A DNA stretch of 62,985 bases, counting the filler, from Sphacelaria rigidula (taxonomy: Eukaryota): assembly GCA_964200075.2 (NCBI GenBank). It is 9 parts of 9 records of this genome, joined end to end, with 100 filler letters (N's around TTAATTAATTAA, not from the genome) between each part and the next. Parts side by side here need not be neighbours in the genome. Positions count along the whole stretch, not along the records: positions 49,070 to 55,977 come from CAXNAA020017461.1; positions 56,078 to 62,985 come from CAXNAA020017462.1; 7 more parts are not named here. One strand, written 5' to 3'. The notes below the pieces were generated by a model. That model searched no databases. It had not been told where the DNA came from and worked only from the letters and a program-made list of their open reading frames with translations. Of the stretch, positions 53,018-62,985 are shown in pieces. A program made the translations under genes and the position numbers. The stretch's first letter is position 1. Every line of letters starts with the position of its first letter.

Positions 53018-53989
53018 GCACTCAAACTTCGATGGTTTCGCTATGTACGACATGGATCCGTTTCCCGGCGGCACCCCTGCATCCCGCCATTGCCCGGCAC
53101 ACCGTACCCCTTCTTTAGCCTTGACGCATTGGCTGGAAATGACGGCGGAAACATCGCGGGGGGCTCTATAGAGAGCGCGGTGGACATCAGCGGCCAACAC
53201 CTGAGTGTCGCTTTGTCTGAGCAGCCAGCGCGAGACGATGACGTAAGACGGCGGAAATCACTCATGAATCGAACGCCTTCGCACACAAGAGATTCCGTCT
53301 CAGTTAACAGCAATCTTGAAGAACGACGAGCAGATGAGAATGGAGGAGGAAGTGTCAGCGACACGCTACAGGACCTGACTTGGAGGTATCGTGCTTTGTA
53401 CCGTAGGCAAGAGTACCGTCGCCCATTTGACTCGCCGAGTTGTTCAGCCATCACCGGGAATACCTGTATTCTTGCAAGTGCCGTGTTTCCGGTGTCGCGG
53501 ACTACATGCGCGTGGTATGTATCCCGTGGTCGGCCAAGTTTCGTAGAACCTTATGTCAGAAGTAACGCGTCGCTTGGTACTGTTGGATACCTCTCCATTT
53601 GGGACAATAGGTGGCCAGAATCCTCCAGCTTCACAAATGCGCGGGGAAAGCGCGTGGAAAACGCTACTCAAGGCGATGAAGATTTCACCCCTGCTGCTGG
53701 GGCACAACCTCCGCACGGCAGCTATCTCAGGCAACGCGGCAACACGGTGTGTGGAAGATACCTCCTCAAGACATCGTCAGGCTACTGTATCGTGTTCACA
53801 CCCAATTCATCACCGGGTTCGATGCAGATCATGGCAGAAGGAGTTACTTTTCCCCGCAACGCCCCCATCAGCAATTCACGTCAAACCCGCAGCTGTGCAG
53901 GGGTTTGGTTGAGAGCTCTCGATAGTGACATACTAGTGCGTATCTCAAGTTCGCCTGATTTCAACGTACAAGATATCTCATCTTGTTGA
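53018..53989 (+). CDS. Possible further exon(s) of the same unknown gene; boundaries uncertain
   Basis: A 299-aa open frame extends upstream to a ctctcag acceptor. Other exon-like blocks lie at about 51931-52070 and 52197-52500. No domain recognised. Confidence 0.3.
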   Translation, partial: ALKLRWFRYVRHGSVSRRHPCIPPLPGTPYPFFSLDALAGNDGGNIAGGSIESAVDISGQHLSVALSEQPARDDDVRRRKSLMNRTPSHTRDSVSVNSNLEERRADENGGGSVSDTLQDLTWRYRALYRRQEYRRPFDSPSCSAITGNTCILASAVFPVSRTTCAWYVSRGRPSFVEPYVRSNASLGTVGYLSIWDNRWPESSSFTNARGKRVENATQGDEDFTPAAGAQPPHGSYLRQRGNTVCGRYLLKTSSGYCIVFTPNSSPGSMQIMAEGVTFPRNAPISNSRQTRSCAGVWLRALDSDILVRISSSPDFNVQDISSC

Positions 53990-54002
53990 GTTAATCTTGT
54001 CA

Positions 54003-54085
54003 AGTTACTTGAGTTACTTGAGTTACTTGAGTTACTTGAGTTACTTGAGTTACTTGAGTTACTTGTGTTACTTGTGTTACTTGAG
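54003..54085. repeat. 9-bp tandem repeat (AGTTACTTG), about 9 copies
   Basis: Directly visible. Confidence 0.95.
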
Positions 54086-55240
54086 TAACTATCGTTCTCT
54101 TGAAATGTTGCCACCAACCTCGGAAGGTCTCAAACCCCTGCAGTTCTCACTTGGGAGGAACTTCGTTCCGTTGGTGTGACGTTCGATGTTGCCACTGGCT
54201 TAAACTTGGTATGCTTGTGATGTCAAAGACGGACCACCGCGGGTATGGATGCGCCGTGACTGACTCGGCTCTAGCTAGGATCTCCTAACGACTCAAATCC
54301 CGATCATCAGTTTTTGACCGCACTTTTCCGATACTTGATCCCCATTTGTCCACTAAACCAGAAGGAAAAATCAATATGCGCTCGCGTTGATGTATCATGT
54401 TCTGGTGCACACCGCGTAACGATAGACAACTTTTGGCAATCCGTACGAATAAACAACAGAACAGCAACGCTGCACTTGCCCCTCCCCCCCGGCGCCCCAT
54501 CCTTCCCAGTATCCAGGTCATGGTAGCACGTTTTTGCGAGTTTCATATAGGGTACTTGTTGACCGGCAGGGAATTACGCCGGAGAAGCTTGCGATACTGA
54601 CGCCAAACACCTCAACTTGCGTGTCAGGTGATGACCGTCCAAGAAAGTCTCCATCTAGCTCTTCAGCGTCTGGCCGCAGCTGCGCGGCACGAGGCGTACC
54701 TGGTGGAGTCAGAACGCTTTCTGGACGGTATTCTTAAAGCGCCTCGTGGTGGGAAGCCACCAGAACGGTACTACACAGCGACAACGTACAAGGTGTGTAT
54801 GAGATGAGGGAGGAGCCCGTCGGCCTTTTTCCTAAAAAATACATGAATGTAGGGGGAAACTAGACGCCATTGAGTTGACTTTGCGACCTACTCCATGGAT
54901 GGTAACCCCGAGTACTAGGTCTTGGCCGAGCGTTTTGAGACAGCGGTAACAGCAGCGGAAGCAGCAGCAGCAGCAGCAGAAGCAGCGCGGTTGACGGCAC
55001 CCACGATTCATGTTTCGGGAACCAAGCCAGGGCATACAGTACCAGAAAAGGTAGCACTTCACGGTTAAAACATGCCATACCAGCATATCAGAACCAAAGA
55101 GCAGCAAAAATGATAGTTAATATAATATAGGAAAATAGAGGAAAACAACCGTAGGATTTCACGACTGATGCAAGCGAGAGAACATCTTGTTTCTCCATCA
55201 CCAACGAGTGATGCCACGATAGCTTCCCCCCCCCCCCCTC

Positions 55241-55977
55241 AGAACGTGATCGTATCAAAGCTAGAATATGCAGGAGGAGTATGGGCGGGGAACGTGAAAT
55301 GGGTGAAAAAATTAGAAACAGTACAAATGGCAGCAGCTAAGAAAATACTTGACTGCTCGAAAACGACGAGTAATGCAGTACTGAGAGCAGAGTTGGGATT
55401 GTACTCACTAAAACAAACAGAGGCATGAGGAAATTGAGGTGGCAATATAGCGTAAAGAACGTGCAGGGAAAGAGATTGCCAGCTATAGTTGATGAAGCTG
55501 TACGGAAGAAACGTATGACAGGGCATGCTATAAGGTGGAATAGAGAAGTCGAGAAAGTATGGAAGGAGATAGGAGGAAACCAAGACGAAATACTGCCCAT
55601 AGGTGAAGGCGCGGGGTATAAGGCAAAAGTGAGAAACATGATAGAAATAAGGGGACAAGGAGTGCTCAGACGCGAGGTAGACGAGAAAGAACATCTGAAG
55701 AAATACGGAGTGCTAAGGGAGGGGATAGGGATGAAAACTTGTCTCCATGGCCCAATGGACGCGGTGAAAAAATTGGAACTGCGATTTCGGGTGGGGGGCC
55801 TAGGCCTGTCAGAAAGAAGAAAGAGATATGCCCGTAGTCGTGTGGAGGAGGAAGTAGATGCACAGAACTGTCTTTGTGGCGAAGGAGTAGAGAGCAGAAG
55901 TCATATAGTTGTAGAATGTAAACTATACAGGGAGGAACGGGACGTGCTAGAGGGGGAAATGCGGGACGTGAACGAAG
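55241..55977 (+). mobile_element. 5'-truncated non-LTR retrotransposon (LINE) ORF2 fragment: post-RT region plus C-terminal CCHC finger, frameshifted
   Basis: KLEYAGGVW..KKLETVQMAAAKKILDCSKTTSNAVLRAELG, then after a frameshift RKLRWQY...CLCGEGVESRSHIVVEC. Overlaps in sequence with the copy at 61608-62040. Confidence 0.85.
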
Positions 55978-56651
55978 NNNNNNNNNNNNNNNNNNNNNNN
56001 NNNNNNNNNNNNNNNNNNNNNTTAATTAATTAANNNNNNNNNNNNNNNNNNNNNNNNNNNNNNNNNNNNNNNNNNNNTTTTTTTTTTTTTTTTTGTTTTT
56101 TTTTTGTTTCACATGTGGCCCTTTTTTTTTTTTCCCTTTCTTTTTTTTTTTTTCTCCCCCCCCCCCCCCCCCCCCCCCCCCCTTTTTTCACCTACTGGAG
56201 TTATGCTTTGTTCCGCGAGTGTTGGTTTTCTTATTGGATTGCTGTTACCGTAGTTAGATATTTCTGACGATCTTGATGACAAGTGTACTCGTTTAGCGGG
56301 TCAGTGGATGTGAAGCGCTCAATCAATCGGGTTGGACAAATAAAGTAGCTCGGGGAGGTCGTGGGCGTTCAGCATTATACAGCATTCCATGACTATTCCA
56401 CATTTCACCAACTGTCGTGTATTTCACCAGCAGTAACGGCGGTATCAAACGCCGCCGCACGTAAGAGACCGTGCGAGGTGCTCCTTACTGCATTGTACGC
56501 CAACACTAAAATCATTCTACTGGCACTTCCTGTCGTTTGCTCTCCAAATCCTCGTCCGCATCGTCTCTGCCGTGGCCCTGCGTTACGCTGGCGTAAACGA
56601 AAATGTGCATCACTGGTATTAAATCGGACTTCCGGGTGTGCACGCAAACAG

Positions 56652-57299
56652 AAGAGCAAGGGGGTTTGGACGTGTCCCACTTGCAAGCACCAGCCCTTCT
56701 CTCCCCTGGGATGTCCGATAGTCCCCGGCGGCGCCGACAGACTCGCGCTGCTACCGCAGCAGACACCGCCGACATCGACATCGGCGGCGCAGACCCTTTC
56801 ATCGCCCAAGAAAAAAGGAGCAACGCGCCCAACCAAAAAGCAGCAGCAGCAGCAACAACAACAAATCCCCGGAAAAGATACTCTTCTCTCTGCCCCCGCT
56901 TCGTCCGGAAAGGGCGGAGGCAGTGTCTCCAAGAGCAAGCAACGGCAAGGGTCCAATGCCGCCAGTGGCGTCAGCGGCGGTCCCGCGTCTTCCTTCTCGC
57001 CTGTACAAGGATGGTCATCTTTGACACCCGGTACGGCTTCGAGTGGCGGTAGTGGTGGGAAGGGTAAGGGCAGGGCCAGGAGTGGCAGTGACGGCGGTGA
57101 CACTTTAGCGTCGCCGACGGGGAGGAAAGGCGCTCTTTTCTCGTCTGAGCAGACGACGCCGGGAGCTGGCGGCAGTCACAAGCGGAGGCTGCCGTCGGGG
57201 AGTGGTGTTAAGGCGATGCGAAAGGACGGGGTTATGAGTGACGGAGGTGGGGGTGGTGGCGGTGGGAGCGGCGGCGAGCAGGGAGGGCGATTCGTGGAG
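56652..57299 (+). CDS. Exon of a large chromatin-associated protein (C-terminal end of a PHD-like finger, GVWTCPTC, then a G/S/K-rich region)
   Basis: aaacag acceptor, phase-0 GAG|GTACCG donor, 216 codons, WxCxxC motif. Confidence 0.7.
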
Positions 57300-57807
57300 G
57301 TACCGCGTCCTTGGTTTTTCGGGCCTGATTTGCTTTTTCATCATGCCCGCATTGCAGGTGTTCCGGCTCGGTTTGTTGCGCCTTTTGATGTAAAGGATTC
57401 TTGAAGCCAATGTTCTGTTGTTGTGTCCCGCCGCGAACTTGAGGTTCCAACATGAGAGGTTAGTTCATCTTGCGCAGAGCGACGATTTTTTCACTTCCTT
57501 TTCCCGCGAAAGCCGAGCCCGTGCACTGTAGACGCAGGTGACATTCGCTTACACACCTGGATACCTTGTTGTGAATGCGACCTGAAGAGGCCCAAATCTT
57601 GCTGCGGTTAGTAGCAATACGGTTGCAGTACGCGATTTTCGCATAAATCACGGTTTTCCCGACGTCTCTAGCAGTTTGCAAGTTTCTAGTATTCGTCTCT
57701 TCTTCTTCCCTGGGTGCACGACACCCGTGTTTCTCAAGCACCTTCTCCTTCCCCCTTGCGTCCGTTCCTCATCTCTGAACTCATCATGCCCAACCCACAA
57801 TAAGTAG

Positions 57808-60800
57808 ACACCGAGAGGGGCATCCTTGAACGGGCCCGTCGGCAGTAACCCAGGATCCAACCATCCGCCAGATCGCCAAGCTACGGGGCTGGTCGCACGC
57901 CCGGGGGAAGTTAAGGTGGCGGCAATGTCCGGAGCAGCTGTGGCGGCCGCGGCTGCGGCGAAGGCGGAGGCCGAAGCGGCCGAGGAGGCAGCGGCCGCCT
58001 TAGAAAGGAAGAAGAAGCTCAAGGCGTCTCGTGAGGAGAGAGAGCGGCGTCGGCAAGAAAGATTAGATGCTATTTTCGCGGAGGAAGCGAAGAAAGCAGC
58101 GGAGAAAGCGGCTGCTCGAGCGGCTCTTTTGGCCGCTGCTGAAGCGGAGCACAACGACGAGGGGGGAGGGGGCGAGGAGAGACGAAAAGAAGGGGATGGG
58201 AGCGACGCAAAAGTCGAGGGCGAAAAAGTACAAGAAGCTGAAACGACTGGAGAGACCCAGAGCAAAGAGGTTGACAAAACTGAAGAGAAGAGCAAGGCTA
58301 GTTCCTCCGAAGGCAAACAACATCAAAGCGAAGCGGGAGGAGCTGGAATCGGTCCACGTAATGATGAGACGATCACCGGTGCCGAGTCAGAGGCCAAGGT
58401 CAGTGAGATGGTTGAACAGAGTCAAGATCAATCACACGAAGACACAACGAGGGGCGACGTTCTTCAAGAGAACACGCGAGAGGCGGCCGGAGGCAATCCT
58501 TGTGCTGAGAAGGGGCGAGATGAGGGAGATGGCGAAGCTGCGGTGGCGGCGGAGGCCGGGGCGATGGCTGTGGCTGGGCCTAGACCTTCCGCTGAGGATA
58601 GTGCTAATCTGCAAGCGAACGCGTCGTCAAGTGGCGGTTTAACCGAAAGTAGCAATGTTGACGACGCTCTTCGAGAGAATGAAACCCATGAAACGCGACG
58701 TGAAGAGGAGAGCCAAGGCAAAGACCGCGAGTCCCAAAACCATGAGGTCAATGAGTCGCTTGGATCACGGGTACCGCCGGTGGAGGCTGTAGACGATGCA
58801 AACCCAAGCGCGGACGAGCGCTTTCAAAGTCTAGCGGCGGAGGCACCACGAAAAGGAAAGGAAGCGGAGGTGGAACTTGGGAGTCGTACCTCATTGGGCG
58901 GAGATAACAGTGACAAGAGCGCAGTCGCGAACGCACCGGAGATGCTGGGAGATAAGGAAGCGACGAGCGTCGAAGATTCGTGCGCGCCGAGCGTGGACGC
59001 CCCTCCTCTTGGTCAAGAAGCGAAGGAACAGCCCGTGTCGACGGAGACGATGACGGGGATGGGAGGACAGTCCATGGGCACATGCATGTCGAGTAAGGAC
59101 AACCTCGTACCAATCCAAGGGGCGTTAAATGAAGCGCTCTCAACGGAGGAAGTCAGAACGGAAGAGGAGGCGAAAGTCGAGGCGAAGCGTGAGGATCCCA
59201 CGCCGTCGAGGAACGATACCGACAGCGCTACTCCCGCTGCTGGGGTGTCTGTTGACCGCGACAGCGCCACAGCTGCCGAGCCGACGACGAGCGCGCCCGA
59301 GCCACCAGCGGCGACGCCGACTATCGACACAGTTGTGACGACGACTTCCACCTTTTCAAAGCCAGCAGGTGACTCCGCGACGGCGCCGGCGTCGGCCGCG
59401 CAGACCAGGCGTGCAGCGCTGCCTCTTTCTCTTCTGTTACACGCTCCGGTTGATTCTCCATCCTGGATGCCTCCAACTCCGTCTTCCCCATCCCTCCTGG
59501 CGGTTGCCTCTCTTGGACCTCCGGGATCGATACCCAACGGCTCTAACTCCAACGGTCCCTCGATGGCGGCGGTGACTGCGGAGCTGGAGGCGGGCTCATC
59601 CTTGCTCTCTCGCGATGCAGTCGACCTGTTGCCAAGCGACCTTGTAAAAGATGATGAGCCCATGGCCATGGACCTTGACAGAGAGATTGGCATAGAAGAT
59701 TTCCCCGCAAAGCCGTCGGAGGGACCTGTGTCTGCCGACCTTCTGGAGTCAACCGATGGTGGGGCACCTAGTAGCCTCTTCCCTATGGATGATACTACGG
59801 CGGACATCGCACACTCCGATTTCGTGTCTCCAACTGCAGCTTTGATGAACCTACCGCATACGACCTCTACGGATGCCGAGAAGAATGATGGAATTGTCGA
59901 ACAGGGAGAGCTGCGCGACCTTGATGATGCTGCGATGCCTGATGTCGTGCCTACTCTTGGCACTAATTCTGCGCCAACTAGTAATGACATAGCAGCGGGG
60001 CCATCCCCTGCGCCAGCGATGGGATCGGTAGGAACGGAGGTTGATTCAGTCACGCTAAACGCCGAAGATGGCGGCAAGGAGCGGGAGCACCGACAGAGTA
60101 CGACTGGCTGGCAGCTTCCGTCAGAGCGGGCACTGGTTGTGGCGACGGCGAGGTCAAGCTCCGCTGGTCTTGTGCCGAAACGCGAGGGAGACGCTGAGTC
60201 TAACCTGGCTGCCGGGGCCACTGACCGCGGCGGGGGCGCGGTGGCGAATCAAGCCTCCTTATCAGTGCGAACCTCGAAGCGAACGCCTACTGCACCGAAG
60301 AAATTCCGCGACGATTTGGGGGCTCCAGAGAGTGGTGTCGGCAGCGCTAGCGGAGGCGATCATCGCAAAAAGGTTTCAGCTGGAGCGGCAGCGGCGGCTG
60401 CAACTGCCGCTGCCGCCGTTGCTGCCTCTGCCCTAGCTGGCGGGAGTGTAACGGGGAGCTTGTTGTTGTCGGCGCCACCCAAAAAGGGAGCCAAGGCGGC
60501 AGCAACGCCGAAAAAGTCATTGCCGCCCAAGGCTGCGGGGACGCCTAAGGCTATGGGAACGCCCAAGGCTACGGGAACTCTCAAGTCGACGGGAACTCTC
60601 AAGTCGACGGGAACTCCCAAGACTGCGCATAAAGGTCCGGTAAAGCCGAAAACATCTGCCGGGCCGAAGGCGAAAGTGGCGGACACGCTGAAGACAAAAG
60701 CAGGGGGCACGCCGAAGCCAAAAGTGGCGGGAGGAGGGCAGTTGAAGGCGGGGGGAACATCCTCGAAAAACCCCACATCACCAAAAAAGGGGGCATCGTC

Positions 60801-61458
60801 GAAGGTAACCCCATCCTCCCCCAGGGCATTTGCCAAGTCGATCTTATCTCCAAAGAAGCTTTCGGCATCGAAGTCGCCCGCGCGCAAGCGCGCGGACGGG
60901 ATGTTGTCGATAACCGCGATGCCGAAGTCAGCCAAGTCAGCCAAGCAGGCAGGAGCGGCCGCCGCCGCTGCCGCTGCTGCCACCGCCGCTGCTGCTGCAA
61001 CCGCCGCTCGTGTCGCTGCGGCTGTCGCCGCTCGCCAGGCGGCGGAGGCTGCTGCTGCTGCCGCAGTACCCCAAATTCCTCGCATTCCCGTGCCACGACC
61101 GGAGTTGCTCGGGGCTATCGTGGCTCGTGTCACCTACCGAAACAAGCCTCGCGATGAAGAACTGGCAGACGGGTTCGATAGCGACGATTCTGCCGCGGCC
61201 GCTATTGCCGCCGTTGCCGCCGTCTGCGGGACAGACGGCGACAACGATAATGCTGTGGTTGAGGGGGAGAGTGAGGGGGACGAGGGGAGGGGGGAAGGGG
61301 GAGTGGGGGGGAGGAAAAGAAACGTGGTTCCTGTGGTGCGTGAGGTGGTTGTCGCAGGGTTCGACGATATGGAGGGACTGTACGTCTTGGAGAGGATGGA
61401 TGGCGGCACTGAGAAGATGAAGCTGGAGGAGCTGGAAGTCGCTCTTCGACAATCACAG
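57808..61458 (+). CDS. 3651-bp exon of the same gene: charged, acidic and Ala/Pro/Lys-rich disordered region ending in a Tudor-like segment
   Basis: 1217 uninterrupted codons between a taagtag acceptor and a CAG|GTACG donor; GC-rich codon usage; splice phase compatible with the neighbouring exons. Confidence 0.88.
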
Positions 61459-61607
61459 GTACGCGGGCGTACAACCGCGTGCTACATGCGTGTGTCGGTG
61501 GACTGGACATTCCGCTCTCGGTCGGTCGAACGCCAGTTCGCATGTTGTGGTTCATGTCTGTTTCTAAGACGAACGACATGCGAGGATAGGGGGGCCTGGG
61601 GGCGTAC

Positions 61608-62040
61608 TCATTTGTTGCTTGCCTTGATCGTTTGATCATTGACCGCGCACCCCTTTCGAGACGGAGCACCGTTCCTACTCCTAATGGAAACACCTCCAAC
61701 ATTCCGGCGCTTCCGTCGTTCCTCCCATACATTACACAAAAACCGTTCATATATCTTATGCCTGTCTTGTTTCGCTGTCTGTGACCACTATCTATCTCCT
61801 AGTATAACCATCGTTCTCTCGCTACTGTCCAGTGCATCAAACGATTTCATACCACCTTTGTTCGCGTCCCGCACTTTCCCTTCTCGCACGTCCCGTTCCT
61901 CTTCGTATAGTTCACATTCTGCCGCTCTGAGGCTTCTGCTCTCTGTTGCTTTGCCACAGGGGCAATTCTGTGCGTCTACTTCCCCCTCCTGTCGACGACT
62001 AGTAAATATTTATATTTTCTGGCAAGTCCAGGTCCCCACG
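61608..62040 (-). mobile_element. Intronic 3' end of the same LINE family as 55241-55977; another degraded tail lies at 62921-62985
   Basis: The minus strand reads ..EVDAQNCPCGKATESRS..ECELYEEERDV..GGVSIRSRNGAPSRKGCAVNDQTIKASNK*, with stops and frameshifts. Confidence 0.85.
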
Positions 62041-62585
62041 AGGATGGGGGGGGGGGGGGACTTCCCCAACACCCCCCCCCCCCCCCACGCCTTGTTTTTT
62101 CCCGTGGGTCGCTTACCTTCCTCTTGTCCTACCCNNNNNNNNNNTTTACTCCCCCCCCCTTCCGACAGTTAGAAAATTTTTTTTTTTTTTGGCAAGTCCC
62201 GGCCCCCCCGGGGAGGGGGGGGGGGGGGGACTTCACCAACACTCCCCCCCCCACGACGCTTTGATTTTGACCGTGGCTCGCTTCACTACTCTCTTGCCTA
62301 ACCCTGATCCTGCACAGGAGGGATCACGCAAGTGCGCGGGCGTGCCTCTCATGTTGCGGACTGTGACGAACGTTCATTTGCCCTGTACCGTTGAAAAGAG
62401 CAGTAATCTTCGCTCAATTTCTTCCCAAAATGTGTGTGTGCCACTTCTGCCAGTAGTGCGACCTTCTTGTGACAATAACTTCGGATGCAACCTTAACAGT
62501 TGACGGTCTTCGTAATGATCCCGCCCGTACCACCCTCTCGTTCCTTCCACCGCTGTAACTACGTGAATCCGCGTGTCGCCGCTAG

Positions 62586-62882
62586 CTACTTTACGGCTGC
62601 GCGGAAAGAATGACACCGCTCAGCGTGGAGGAGGTAGAGAAAGCGGTGCAGGGTAAGCTCGACTCAAACACCCTGACCACCGCCCCGTCATCTACCGCCG
62701 GCGTAGCGGGCGGTGCCGGTTCTCCTGGGGCGATGGGTAGGTTGGACATGACAACGCTCGGTCTGGCTGCGCTCCTGCGAGGGAAGAGCTACTCGACGTT
62801 TACCCCAGCAGAGCGTACGCGGATGTTGCGGGGGCTGATGGATCTTGCGATTTCGACGGGGCCCGTCAGGGAACACATGCAG
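62586..62882 (+). CDS. Exon with a WHIM1-like motif (DDT/WHIM chromatin-remodelling subunit family); a small exon at about 62318-62362 is possible
   Basis: gctag acceptor, phase 0. LAALLRGKSYSTFTPAERTRMLRGLMDLAISTGPVREHMQ fits the WHIM1 pattern (Y..L...E+...L..L.D..LS...+R..). CAG|GTAAAG donor. Confidence 0.75.
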
Positions 62883-62985
62883 GTAAAGATGGGGCGGGGG
62901 GGGGGGGGGGGGGGGGTGACTCATTTGTTGGTTGCCTCAGTCGTTGGCCCCTAAACCACGCCACCCTTTCGAAACGGACACCCGT

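Noticed and set aside
57648-61452. Long antisense ORFs (222, 402, 257 and 171 aa)
   Set aside because: They are shadow frames of the GC-rich plus-strand exon.
61975-62305. Approximately 160-bp direct duplication with poly-G/poly-C
   Set aside because: It flanks a 10-N gap (62135-62144) and looks like a low-quality overlap artefact.

Overview
Eukaryotic genomic DNA, most likely a stramenopile such as a brown alga (inferred from long repeat-filled introns, GC-rich exons, TTAGGG tracts and protein similarities recalled without a database search). The window is not contiguous. It is nine unrelated contigs of 6911, 6911, 6910, 6910, 6909, 6909, 6909, 6908 and 6908 bp, joined by identical 100-bp N44-TTAATTAATTAA-N44 spacers, so nothing should be inferred across spacers. 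Contents by contig: (1) a foldback MITE and a decayed 43-bp minisatellite; (2) a 63-bp satellite with higher-order repeat structure; (3) two exons of a small, probably mitochondrial single-membrane-pass protein resembling ATP synthase subunit k/DAPIT; (4) three exons of a calcineurin-B-like EF-hand protein with two consecutive GC-AG introns and an intronic TIR element; (5) mostly decayed repeats; (6) an intron-containing, inactivated DDE transposase and a tRNA-derived SINE; (7) a nested set of TGT..ACA foldback transposons with 5-bp TSDs that carry telomere-repeat mini-elements; (8) a possible multi-exon gene with a zinc-knuckle-like exon and a LINE fragment; (9) part of a large PHD/Tudor-like/WHIM1 chromatin protein gene. 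Most short ORFs in the track are spurious. No prokaryotic system, CRISPR array, rRNA or functional tRNA gene was seen.
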